Source: Paramecium tetraurelia (Eukaryota). From it: a stretch of DNA of 64,000 nucleotides. Positions 26,477 through 39,644 of the stretch are shown one piece after another. A model generated the notes under the pieces. That model ran no database searches. It saw nothing but the letters and a program-made list of their open reading frames with translations, and was not told where the DNA came from. Position numbers and translations under genes: made by a program. How positions within the stretch are numbered: the first letter of the stretch is position 1; every line of letters begins with the position of its first letter. The stretch spans positions 372,001 through 436,000 of the forward strand of contig CT868418.1 of NCBI GenBank assembly GCA_000165425.1. The letters are read 5' to 3'.

Positions 26477-28287
26477 TTATTTTAAATATTATTTAATATC
26501 AGATTTATCAACAAATAAGAAATGGAGCTGAGATTTAATTTTTTCTCAAAGAATTTTAATATGATATACGTAATAATTCTTAATTAAATAGAGTAATTAA
26601 GAACTGAATATGATCTTTAAATTTCACAATAGGCTTTAGTTCATTATATCATTGATTTAATTCGATTATGAATTTTTAGAAATTTCTTTATTTATTAACA
26701 TCAGTAATAAAATTTCACCGAAATCCCACCAAATAGTTAGGAAAAGTTTCGTACTTGGACAAAACTATTCAAATACTCATTCAAGTTAGAAGATGGAGTG
26801 AATTCAAAACAAATTATTTGTTAATTATTTTAATTTTAAGTTTAACCAATTTGGAATCAAATTAGCATCAATGTCCTTCTCTTTATCTAAATAATTGATT
26901 ATTTATTTCGTACTTCTAAATTTTTGATGTAATAATGAGATTTGTAAATCAATTTTTAATATTTAAACTTTTTCTTCTCTTTCATAGTATTAAAAATCTT
27001 CTTGCGATTTCTTTTCATTTGAGACTTAATCAACATCAGCCTTATGTCATAAGAACTTTCATTTATATCTATTTTATTTATTACATAATTAACAAATTAG
27101 ATAAAATAATTTAATACTACAGAAGATCATCATCTAATTAGAAATTACTCTTATCAATTATAATAAGTTAACAACACTCTAAATAAGAAATGAAATTTAG
27201 GTAAAATCTATTTTTAAGTCATCGTTCTTATTTGACTTTGATAAGAATCAATAAAATTCTAAAAATAATTTATTGGAACTTTCATTTTAAGAGATCTATT
27301 TCTATATATTATAATTAATGTATAACTACTACATATAGAAAAATTAAATAAATAATTTTAAATATAAGTATTAGGCATTTCTTATTACGTAATTCCTTTT
27401 CAAATTAATTTATCAAGAAATTAGATAACAAGCCAAAGAAGAAAGAATAATCGACACATTCCCTAACAAAAACAATAATTTAAAGGAAAAAAAAGAATTA
27501 TCAATTAGTTCAAATGAAAAAAAAATAGAGCTCTAATTTCACTAAAAAATATTTAACAATATTAATTTTTATCTAAGATTTTTATTCATTCTCAATTCAC
27601 TAAAGCTCATCTTGAATTTTGGATGATTATTTGGATTTTCTTTAGTCTATATATATTTGGCTTCATACTAAATTTTTATTTTCTTACTTTGAGTATTAGT
27701 AAGTAAATGCTTAGGGTTTTTTGTATAAAAAATATGAAATTCTTTGAATTATATAAATTTTTCTTATAATAAATATTGAATTTTTGCCAATCAAATACTG
27801 TGATTAGTCAAAAGCAATTAAATTATATAAGAATCACGCTGGTTATAGAATACCATTAGATTTCTTATTTTAAAGTAATTTCTATACATCATAAGATCAA
27901 TGAGTCATTTTAATGTGTTTAGCAGTAACTTACATTGTTGCTATTACTATTACTATAATTTTATATAATTTTTTGAAAGAGCAGGGTTAGAAAATTGAAT
28001 TTGAGTGTTAAATAAAAAATTGAGGATAAAAAATGTTTTTCCAGATTCCAATTTATTAACTAATTTAAAACGATGCTGTTGGGGAATGTGATGTTTCAAT
28101 ATTTATCATTAACTAAATGGCTGATGTGATTTAGTTCTAAATTATAAAATGTTGTTTTGAAATAAGAATTAATTTTAAAACAAATAAATGTATTGTTGAA
28201 CATTTTTAGTCTCATTTACTCGTAAACACAAATTAATTTAATTGAGTTTGTAATAGTATTAATTATTGTTTATATTAATTATTATTT

Positions 28288-30642
28288 ATGTTATACATTT
28301 TTGGAAACTTACTCATATCTCATTAAATCACATGTATTGTGCTCACATTTTATCAACTCAATGATTCGAGATTAATTAATACTATACTGTTAAGCTTTCA
28401 GTTCTTGATGCTGGCTATTCATTTTATATAAAAAGTTAAATAAATTTAGAACGAAAAAATTTAGATAAGTGTGAAAGTGTGCATAAAAATTAGTTTATTA
28501 TTATTAATTTTTTAAAGGAAACAAAGTTTAGTTTAAAGTTTTCTAGCTGGCTCATATATGCAATATTTATTGAGAAAACAATCAATTTTTTTAAAATTGA
28601 TTGATGCTTTGATATGTATGTTTTACTTCATAATGTGGGGAGAGTCGAATGAGAATACTGTAACTGGTACTTTGCTATCACTTTTTATGGTGTTAAATAT
28701 TTGCATGAAATATTACATATAAAATAAAAAAGAGAAGGAAAGCCAGGGATAGGTATCGACTTCAAGGTTACCTTCTCCTGAACTATTAAAAAATCAAACT
28801 TCACCAAATTATTCGAGAAAAGTAAGTGGATAAAAATATTAGTCGGAACCATCATTAGATCTTTAAATTAATGATTTTGGATGCATGGATTAGTACTAAA
28901 AAATATTCAATATGTTTCCGGATGGTATCATAATGGTAAATATGAAAAAGCAGGTTATTTTCATAAATAAACATTTGAAAAAGATGATGGGAGGGATGAA
29001 TAAGAAGGCAGCCTTTTACAATCTTCTACAAATGAAAAATGTTCAATAATAAATTAATGAATTAGAAAAACTGAACTCATTGTTTCAAGAACAATAAATA
29101 GTTTTAAATGAATAAGAATTTGATAATAAAACTTATTTTAAAAAAAGCACTTTTGATGAATCTCGATTTGATGATCAATCCGAATTAAAGTCATCCTATT
29201 CGTTTTAATAATTTGAAAATGTGAAAAAGTTACTTGATCATCTAATTGAAAATCGGCAGGAGAAAAATGGAGTTGTAAAAATGTTGTGCTAATTTCCTTA
29301 GAATGAGAAATCTCTTTTCTAAGTCAGTTTTAAGAGGTTTGACAACAAACAACCTGAGTTTATATTACTGATTGTAAGAGATATGACTTCAATGAATCTT
29401 GTGACATTTCTATAAAGAGTAATCACAGATAAATCTAATTTCTTAAGTACAGTAGTACATGAATTTAGAACTCCACTTTAATCAATAAAGCTGATGGTCT
29501 AATAAATTTAACCAATGTGTAGTGAAGAAATGGTTTAAAAGTATTTATTGCCTATGCTAAGTTAATTAGATTGCTTTACCAATTTAATCCAAGATTTGTT
29601 GGACGTGTCAGTATTAAATGTAGGGAAATTCAAATTAGATATTAAACAATTAAATCTTCATCATTTGATAACAGAGACCTACAATATTATGGTTGTTTAG
29701 GCATATGCTAAGAACAATGATTTAGTTATCAATCTTAAGGGAATCCCAGAGAAAATCTACTCTGATCCATATAAGATAAGATAAATCTTAATTAATTTGC
29801 TGGGTAATGCTGTTAAATTCACTTATAATGGAATTATCACAATTTCAGGCAAATCGATGAATAAATCAGTAGAAATAACAGTTTCTGATACAGGATTAGG
29901 CATAACTGCTGATAACTAAAATAAGCTATTTACGGCTTTTGGTAAATTAGATGATCCAACCAATTCTAATCCATAAGGAATTGGATTGGGATTGATGATA
30001 AGTAATGTATTGGCGAGAAAGTTATCTTATGACTAAAAAGGATTATCTGCTGTGTCAGAGGGAGAAGGCAAAGGGTCTAAGTTTTCATTTTAGGTTTATG
30101 ATCACTCCTTCAATGATGATAAACAAAAGTATTAATAAGAATCAGTGGTTCGTCAATAAAGAGAATATTTTCAAGCCCCATTAAATCAGATAAAACAATG
30201 TGACAGTTTTAGAATGAGCGGATTAGAATTAAGTTAATATTCTAGATGTTAATGTCCTGAAATCTTAATTGTTGATGACCAGCCTTTTATCCTATAAATG
30301 CTTAAAATACAATTAGAATCATAAGGTTATCGAGTTAATTTGGCATTTAGTGGATTTGAATGTATTAGAAAAATAGAGTAGTTTTAACATGGACCCAGTT
30401 GTGCTTGCAAAAATTACAAAATTGTGATTCTTGACATAGATCTACCAAACTTAAATGGCATCGAAACTTGCAAAAGGCTGATCAGCATGGGATACAATGG
30501 TTATATATTGGGACACAGTGGCTATTCAGGTGGTTAAGAAGAGGAAGATTGTTTGAAAGCTGGCATGGTTGGATACTTCGTTAAACCTTTAGACATAGCC
30601 AAATTGCAATCATGGTTAGAATAAAATAGAATTATGCTTTGA
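28288..30642 (+). CDS. Hybrid sensor histidine kinase (TM, PAS-like, HisKA, HATPase_c, receiver)
   Basis: Intronless 785-codon frame with VHEFRTPL, QILINLLGNAVKFT, VSDTGLGI, GIGLGL, ILIVDD, ILDIDLPNLNG, YFVKP. Confidence 0.93.
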
Positions 30643-30666
30643 TTAATTTATTGTATATTAACACGC

Positions 30667-32321
30667 TCACTAAAAATATAATTCATGATAGTTAGAAACA
30701 ATATGGTTCTTAGGTTGATCATCGCTTAAAAATTATTTTGTAACTTCTTTTTATTATCTCTAAAATTAAATATTTTTGCAATGCCCAAAGAATATAATCA
30801 TTGAATAATTAATAATATGAAGAATTATTAATGTTACAAAAGTAAAAAAATATCAAACTGAGGATTTTCTACCAGTAGTTCTTAATGTGATATTATTCTT
30901 CATAATAGAGGAAGTTCGAGAAGATTTCATAGTAGATCTCATTGTCATAGCTTCAGCCGTTTTAACTAAAGGACCTCTTTAGGTTAAACATACACTCATT
31001 TTCTAATATTCCTTATTTCCACTATGATCCCTCTCAGTGTTTCTTTAGGATATTTCTTAAGATGCCTATCTGATCAAATCAGTAATGGATCTATTTTTTT
31101 ATTTTACTTATAGTTGTCTACTTGTTTGAGTTTTTCTCAACCTACATTATGTAAATTTCAGGTAGCAATTAAAACAAACAAGTAATTCTTTGTTTAAGAA
31201 GGCTGAATTTTCTTTCATTTCTGCAAATTCCTAAATATAATAGTAATATATACAGTGTATGACATAGAGGGGAAAAGCTTCTTGATGATGTCTGGTATTA
31301 ATTTAGTAGTGTTTGCTATGTAGTTTTCTGGATTATCTTCAGTTTGCTAATGGTCAGCTCTTTTAACACCAGTTGAATAGGGTTTTATATCCATCCTATA
31401 ATGTTCTCCTTGTGTAATCAATAGTTTATATTTGATGGGGTGCAAGTCTTCAGTTTAACAAAATTGCTGGCAAGATAAACATTGGACATCCATTATCAAT
31501 TTAATAGGTTTCTGTTTATTTGTCGTGATGGTATTCTTGACATTTTCAGGTCTGAGTAATTGCCCAAATTGAATAGGATAAGGACATTCATCATTAGATC
31601 TTAGGGACGTGCAATATAGGATGTTGATTCTTTACAGATAATCAAGTTTGCAATAGAGAACTGCCCTGTTAACTCTAAATTTCTCATAAGTCACAACGCA
31701 AATTCTTGTGGTGATATAATTAATAAGTCTTCGAATTTGCGTTGTTATTACTTTAGACTTAACAGGGTAGGCTTTGGAATAAGATTCGGGACTATTAAAT
31801 GTTGAGCATTTTTCTTAAACATCAAATTTATTGGAGGTTAGTTCAATGTTGTTGACTCTTTAACTTAAGAGGAGGAGATTTTAGCTCCATATAGCTTGGA
31901 TGACATTTTCTTTGGGGAGAGCAGGTTTAGTAAATTTCTACAAAATTCCATTTCTGTGAATATTCGGATTGTGTATGAATGTCTTGAATTGCTGTTGGTT
32001 TAGATAGAGAATTGAGGTTCTGCAATCAATATTGAGTTAATCTTAGAGGAATTCTCCTCTGGTTTCTTGGGTATTATAAAAATCTCTTCTGGGTTTACAA
32101 CTGATGAAATATGCACACACATCATTCTCACAATCTTTAAGGAATGCAGTTTCTATATTTGGCAGAGTCCTATTTTCGAGTTTTTTTACAAGTATTTCAT
32201 TGTTATGAGTGAAGTACCAGGCCTAGATTAATTTAAATATGGGAAACCTGAATGACTCCCAATCTGTAGATGAGAGTGTCTGGGAGATGGAATTCGACTT
32301 TGTTTTATTTGATGGAGTCAT
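30667..32321 (-). CDS. Hypothetical protein with NGILQKF..VIQAIWS motif
   Basis: Long code-6 frame MTPSNKTK...AWYFT...NGILQKFTKP...VIQAIWS...ILYCTSLR. Confidence 0.7.
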
Positions 32322-32395
32322 TTTGAAGCCAGAGATAATAATAAAATGTTTCAATAGCTCCTTCTTATATACGCATAAATGTTAAAATTAAATTT

Positions 32396-33946
32396 ATGTT
32401 TGATTCTGCTGTTCCTGGATTGAGGGCTAAAAGAATTCAGGTATTCATTTGCTGCTTTATGCAATACGCTATGTTACATTCATGTAGATCAACATGGAGT
32501 TTCACAAGTGGTATTTTGGCAAAACAAGATGATCACGAACATGATGATGAAAAAATTGATGACTTCGACAAAAAGTACTTGGGCTATATAAATTTTTCGT
32601 TCCTTTTTGTGTATGGATCGTCGATGCTTTTGTATATTTAGTAATTTACATAGTCTTGGTCAAATTGGAGATAGAATAGGTCCAAAACTATTTATGTTAT
32701 GCGGAACATTTTCTACAGGAATCATATAATTCATGATAGCTGCCTTGTTGCCAATTGAGAAACATAATCGATGGCTATTGCTTGTTCTTTAAATATTGAA
32801 TGGTATTTCTTAAGCTCCCGCTTGGCCAGGATTGATGGCTATAATGAACAATTGGCAGAGTAAACCAAATAAAGTCATAGTGATGGGGTATTTCGCAGCT
32901 TGCACAAACGTGGGTAATATCTTGGGAGACCTGTTTGCTGCCCTCCTAATTGAATAACTAGGCATGAGTGTTATGGCTCCTATTTATGTATCTGCAATTG
33001 GTGTTTTAATAATGTCAATTATCAACATCTATATGATTGAAGCTAGTTCAGCCAAAGAATACATAGCTTAATTTAAAAATCCATTGACAAAATCATTAGT
33101 TTATAAATAGGCTCATGACGAATACATGAGCAGAGCTGCATCAGTAGTTTCCGTCTCAGAATAATCATTTGTCACAGATTTAAGCTAAACTCTCTTGACT
33201 GTGGATAGAGACTCTCAATTGAATCCCCACATCCCTCCCAAGCCAAAGAAGAACAAGAAAGACAGCATCAACATGATTTCAGCTTGGAAATTGCCAAATG
33301 TTGCTTTATACGCTTTCGCATTCGGTTGTATAAAGGCTGTCTTCTACATCCTTGCATTCTGGCTACCTTCATATCTGAGGGGGGAAAACCTGGAAGGAGT
33401 TGCTTGGATCACCCAAATGATTGAATGGGGTACGATCCCAGGGGGTATCTTGATATGGTAATTATACTGTGATTATTCTAGTTATGCAGGAGTCCATTGG
33501 AATCTAAGGGCTAGTCTTATTGTGCCTTCATTGTGGGTTGGAACAGTAGTTATGGTCAGCATAAACTTTTTATCGAAATTGGAACAGCCTTATGCTCTCT
33601 ACTATATTTTAGTATTTTTGACAGGCTTGATGATTGGAGGTGTGTATAATAATGTGTCAGGTGCCATTGTGATTGAACTGAGTAATATGAAAGAATTGAA
33701 AGGTACGATGATAATTTATAAATAAAAGGAAACAAGAAATCTACGGCTACGGTTACTTCAGTCGTCATGGGATATGGTGCAGTGTTTGCAGCAATAAATC
33801 AATTGATTGTACCATATTTAGAATCGATTCTTTTTTTATATTGCAGTCTCAATGCAATTGTGGCCGGCTGCTTCCTCATTCCCTTAATTATAAACGAATA
33901 CAAAAGATATAAGGAACAGAAATTAAAAGTTGGCGATGCAAAGTGA
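32396..33946 (+). CDS. MFS sugar-phosphate exchanger (SLC37/GlpT-like), copy 1
   Basis: LHSCRSTWS, GQIGDR, QAPAWPG, TNVGNILG, YAFAFGCIK, FWLPSYL, ATVTSVVMGYG. Confidence 0.9.
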
Positions 33947-33957
33947 TATAAATTAAA

Positions 33958-35399
33958 ATGTTAATTAAATTCAAAAGAATATTTGTATTCACATTAGCCT
34001 TCCTTCAATATGTGTGTCTACATTGTTGTAGATCCACATGGAGTTATGTGTCTGGGAGAATGGCATAACCAGGACCTGACAATTACTTTAGCAGTCAGTA
34101 TTTGGGATACATCAATTTCGCCTTTTTAATGAGCTACGGCTTGTCAGTTTCAGCGTTATATATAATTGCAAATATGTAGGATAGGACAATTGGGAGATAG
34201 AATGAATTTAAAATTTTTTGTATTAATCGGAGCATTTTCAACATGCCTAATATTTTGTAGTATCGGATTCTTTCTCCACTATGAGTACAAGCATCCCTAC
34301 TTGTTCATGATCCTATAGATTCTCAACGGCATTTCACAATCAACCGAATGGTCAGGTCTCTTGGGTACTATTGTATTCTATATTTTATAATTATTTAGCG
34401 ATCTTAAACAATTGGTATACGGGATAAAATAAAATCTTAATCTTGGGATATTTCTCAGCCTCCCCATGTGTTGGAAACATCCTAGGAGATCTCTATTCAG
34501 GTTCATTGATCGGAAAACATGACTTGCCATACTATGCTCCAATATACATGGCAGGATTCTCCTTGTTTACCATTTCCATAATCAACCTTTTTGCTCTACA
34601 ACGAGCCCCACTTCCCAATGAAACTGAAGAATTGATTGAACACCAAGAATCCATGTCAATCTCTTTAGAACCAATACTGCAAATTTAAAAAGAGAATAGC
34701 AGTGATTCTGGAGAGTATTCATTACCAAGTTCGCATTTCCACAAAGAATCAGAACAACTATCATTATCGTATGTCGATGCTTGGTTTGTACCCAATGTGG
34801 CTCTTTATGCTTTTGCTTTTGGATGCATTAAATCTGTATACTACATCCTTGGATTTTGGTTGCCTGAGTATTTAAACAGAAATAAAGTGCCGGATGTTGC
34901 CTGGATTACAGCTATGACTGATATTGGTGCTGCTCCAGGAGGAATAATTATTTGGTATCAATAATAACTACATAGCCTAATAGGATATTATTCTAATAAA
35001 AGAGCCATAATACAAGTGCCAAGTCTATGGATAGGAACTATTGTTATGATCATCATTAATTATGCTGATGATTTGGCTCTTTTTGGTTACTTAATTCTTG
35101 TGTTCATTATTGGATTTCTGATTGGAGGGACATATAATAACATTGCTGCCTTGATAACTGTCGAACTGAGTAATCAAGATCAACTGAAACGTAAGCATCT
35201 ATAGCATTACTTAGATAATAAAAAAGCTACAGCAACCATTGTGTCACTTATTATCGGTTATGCATCTGCATTTTCAGCTATTAATCAATTGATTGTCCCT
35301 CTTGTTAATGATGCCTTATTTCTATATTGCGGCATCATGTCAGTGATTGGTGGAATATTCTTGTCTCCTTTATTGATAAAAGAAATCAAAGGTAAATGA
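33958..35399 (+). CDS. MFS sugar-phosphate exchanger (SLC37/GlpT-like), copy 2
   Basis: LHCCRSTWS, GQLGDRMNLK, CVGNILGD, YAFAFGCIK, FWLPEYL; tandem paralog of copy 1. Confidence 0.9.
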
Positions 35400-35433
35400 A
35401 TAATTGAGACTTTTATATATATTACAATATCAA

Positions 35434-36699
35434 TCATTCTATCCTTTTATACTTCTCCTAAGATCTACCTCTCTAATCTAATGAACTTTACGTTCTTGTC
35501 TCTAAAAATATATGAATTTAATTCTTACTTAAAGTGATATTATACTTATTTTACTCATCTGCTATATTTTTGAATGGAGAGTCTACTCCAAAGTAAGTCT
35601 TCAAATTTGTTCTATTGCTCAAAGGAGCAGTAGTCTTTAAAAATAGTAGTTCTTCATGGAGAGCTTTATTGGTTTGCTGAAGATTTCCAATCTGCACTTG
35701 TAATTAAGTGATCAATGATTTTTATTGTTAGTTTTCATACTATTAATTTTAATACCCTTAATAACTCTCAGATTATTGAAACTATTTAATACTCTCATCC
35801 TTCTGTTTAAGTTATTATCCACATTACTATAATTAATTGTAATAATCAGTTAATTATTACTAAATAATAGACATATCTGAGTGCAACTTCTCCTTTTCTA
35901 AATTTATGTTTTACTTTTCTTTTAATAACATTTATTTCTCTTTGGAATTTAAATCTCTGGTTTTAGTTAGTTCACCAGTTAATCTAATTTTATCTTTTTC
36001 GAGAATATCTATCCTTTTTTACAAGGATTCAAGGCTTTTTCCTTAAGATAAAGAAGAATGATGAGTCCTTTCCTTTAATAGAGATTCGTACTTTTCTATT
36101 TCTTTCATGTGCTCTTAATTCTTTAGATTTAGTGTCTTAGTTAACTATTCTAATTAAACCAATCTGTCTTCAAGTAATTTGGTCAATTTGATATTGCTTT
36201 CGGATAATTATTTAATCTTTTGATTCTCATTTATTATTTTGATGCCTGATTTTTCCAAAAAATTCTCTTAATACTTAAACTCCAAATTTTAATTTTCTTT
36301 ATTTTCAACCTTAATCTTCAACATCTCATTTTCATTTTATAGCTAAGCAATTAGATTTGACTATTTTGTTAATTGATTTTAATATTAAGTAGTTTTAATA
36401 GAGAATTCCTTCTTTAATGTGTTGAATCTCAATTGTGTATTTTGTAGTTCTTCTTCGAGAGATTTAATTTATTGTAAATTGACCATTTCCCCTGTGATTT
36501 CACAACTCTTTCTGCGTCCATTCTTGACTGTCTTCTAACCATTTTAAGACATCCTCTCAAAATCGTTCTTAATCAGACTTAATTCCTTCATCAAGGATTC
36601 ATTTTATTTATGAAGTTTCTCGTTCTCACTTGCAAGTCCTACGAAATGATTTGAATCCCTCCTTCCTTCTATACTCTACTAAGATGATGTTCTCTTCAT
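35434..36699 (-). CDS. Coiled-coil hypothetical protein
   Basis: MKRTSSQQ...LASENEKLHKQNESLMKEL; E/K/Q-rich heptads throughout. Confidence 0.7.
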
Positions 36700-36717
36700 C
36701 TAACAGTTAATAAAATA

Positions 36718-38077
36718 ATGAAAATTTTAATTATTTATGTGGCATCAATAGCGGTATTCTATTTTGTTGATAAATCGTTGGATCTCTAATTTATCGAATC
36801 AGACAAGCTAAATCGATAATGCGAAACCAAAATCGACAATAATAACTAAAGCAAATAATGTTGTGGCTATATTTGGGAATCCAATGAAACTATGGTCACA
36901 TTTTATTTTCGCTCAAAAACACCCTTACAACACATACCTGATATCGTAATTTATTACTAATAATTCCCTGCTGAGTAATAACTTAATATTACTGAGCTAA
37001 TTTTGGTTGACGCAAACAATACATTTCCCATAGTCAATGAAAATTAAGCAGGAATTGAGGAGTTAAGTAAGCATCACTTAAAAGCCTTACCTTATTCCTT
37101 TAAATCAGGTGACTCAGATGGAAACGAAAATTATATAATGACGCCTGAATTAATCACAGTTTCTGCATATGTTATTTTTGTCAAGGGCTTGGACATAGAA
37201 TTAGAGGCTTATTTCAAAAATAATTTAAAATATTTAGAAGATTCCTTTGTTACCTTCTTGTGCTTTGTCATTTTGGCTTTGGCAATCAAAATGATAAATG
37301 AGGATGAAGAAAATCTACTGCCTTTAGGAAAATATATAAAAGAAAATCAACACCACATGCTTTTGATAATAATTCTAATTGCACAACCTCTTAGACCCTT
37401 GTGTTTCTTTCCAGAATTCGAAGCCGTAGAATGGCTAATCGGATAAACCTGTTATGCTGTAGGTGAATTTCTATTTTTGAGGTATTTCTTGCAAGTTCTC
37501 TCCTTCCTAAAAGGTTAGGATAACAATACAAATAAAGGTAGAAATACTTTAATAACAATCTTTGTCATTATTCCTATTAGCATTGATAGATGGCTAATTG
37601 CCTTTGATAGTTAATCATTTGTAATAAAGGACTTAGAAAATCAAGTCGATAACATTCATACCATTATGATTGTGTGTTGGCTATGTTTCTTGGTCTACTC
37701 GGGTATATTTGCTTATGAGGTGATGATTAGTTTACATTCAAATTTAATTAGTAAAGCTAACTTATTATTTGTTAGGACTTGACCTATTTGTAATTGCCAT
37801 CATCTTCTTTATAATATATTCCTTCCAAAAGAGTTAATTTTACTTGTATTATGAAAGATTTGATCATCACTTGTTCAATCCAATAAATATGTTGATGATG
37901 GTTTCTTATGTGGCTATTTTGCTGGTAATCGATTTAAGGAAAGAGAGCGAAAAGAGCAATGAATTATAACCTATAAGACATCGAATCACCTAAGATGAAG
38001 AACATGGAGATAACCTTGATTTCACAATTGCTGAGTATTACAAAGAGAAAGCTAATGATGATCAAGCATTAATTTGA
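36718..38077 (+). CDS. Signal peptide, luminal domain and multi-TM (about 7) protein, GOST/lung-7TM-like layout
   Basis: Hydrophobic N-terminus MKILIIYVASIAVF, luminal region, then successive TM segments; 25-nt intron at about 37751-37775. Family is inferred from topology only. Confidence 0.6.
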
Positions 38078-38167
38078 TCGAATTCAACATTAAAATTGTA
38101 TGTATATATTCAATTTAAAAATTACTTGTGTTTTAACTAATTGTCTAAAATAATAAATATATTAATT

Positions 38168-39598
38168 ATGCTGCTTCTAAGCAAAATATCTAGATTATGC
38201 TTAATCCCTACATACGGCTGCAAATTTGTACTTAAGAAAGACTGGAAGCTCATAAAGGATAATACTAATTGGGCAGCTTATATGGATGATCTAAATATCA
38301 ATTCAGAGACCTTTTATCACTCAAGCAGCAAAGACTTGCTTAAGGCAGTCAGAGAAAACCCTGATAATGATTTTTATGCAAAATCAATAGGACAACTTCT
38401 TTATCATATGGGAAAAGATGGGGAATGCGATGAAGTAGTAATTAAAAAGATAGAAAAATGTCTTTACAAATTCAAAGGCGAATTTCCATCAAGATTAGCA
38501 TTTGGAGCACTCTATGGATTTATATCCCTTTCAATTGATAATCAATACTTACACAATTTCTTCGATGCAGAATTTCGTATGCATCCAAAATCCAAGAGAA
38601 AATGGTATGAAGCACTTGAATTAATTCGAGGCTTGTGGCAAGAATAAAAATTTGCAAAGAAAATATCTATTTGATTTGATGAAATCCCAATGTCACAATA
38701 TCCTTGTTAAAGAATACAAGAAAAGTCTAAAATATCAACCAGGCTAGTAATTTAGAATATTGAAGGCCTGCATAAGTGCCAAATATTTTGAACCTGACTT
38801 GTTTGATCCTGTAGTGAAAGACATAGTTAGATAGCAAAAAATATCTAGATTGCCAGACTTGATTAAATTGTTGGATATTCTTATCAAACTCCAAACTGAA
38901 GGCGATTTCCCAAGATCAATCCAAGCAGAAATTGATCATCTTATTAATAGATTGAAAACTACACCCAAATTTTCTTGGCTATACAATGTCGATGAAAGAC
39001 GTTATAGAACTATGGAAGAATTAAAATCAATCAGAGAAAATGCACCCCAATAATTCATAGGAAGTTATCTTTACTAACCAGAAAAGTTAGAATAATATTT
39101 GAAATTAAAGGCTTTGGGAAATGATGCAGAGGTTTAAAGAGAAAAGAGATTGATTTAAGAGAAATAATTAGATGATTTATTGTATGATGAATTTATGCTC
39201 AATAAGGTGGAATAATAGAGAAATAGAGAACAATTAAAGAAGGAATAGAGAAAAGGTATGAAGGATGAGGATGGCGAAGATGATGATGCAGAAATCGATA
39301 AGGAATTAACAGAACAGGAAAAGAAGGATTGTAACTTATTCATATATAATATATAATAGTACTTACTGACTTTTAGAAGAAGCACTTTGAATCTTTAGAT
39401 ATGGATACTGTTAATCCAAATGATCTTCCCAAAGAATGGTTTACGGATAACAACCAGTCGTAGGATAATGAATTTGATGAAATGGATGAAAGAATTCAAT
39501 TAGCTGCCCAAGAAAAGTCTCAGCAAACCAAGAATAAGGAGTTTAAGAAGAGGAAGGGGAGAAGTGGCAAAGGAGATATTTTTGATGCAATAGAGTGA
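38168..39598 (+). CDS. Probable mitochondrial helical-repeat protein with an apparent frameshift near 38640
   Basis: Presequence-like MLLLSKISRLCLIP. Two long coding-like frames are offset by +1 around 38580-38650; charged C-terminus. Confidence 0.6.
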
Positions 39599-39644
39599 AT
39601 TTTATCATGTAAAATAAAATAACTAACTAATTATTTAAATTTCA

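Noticed and set aside
28288..30642. Bacterial contamination or recent HGT of a two-component gene
   Set aside because: It uses TAA/TAG as Gln throughout and has host-like AT content.
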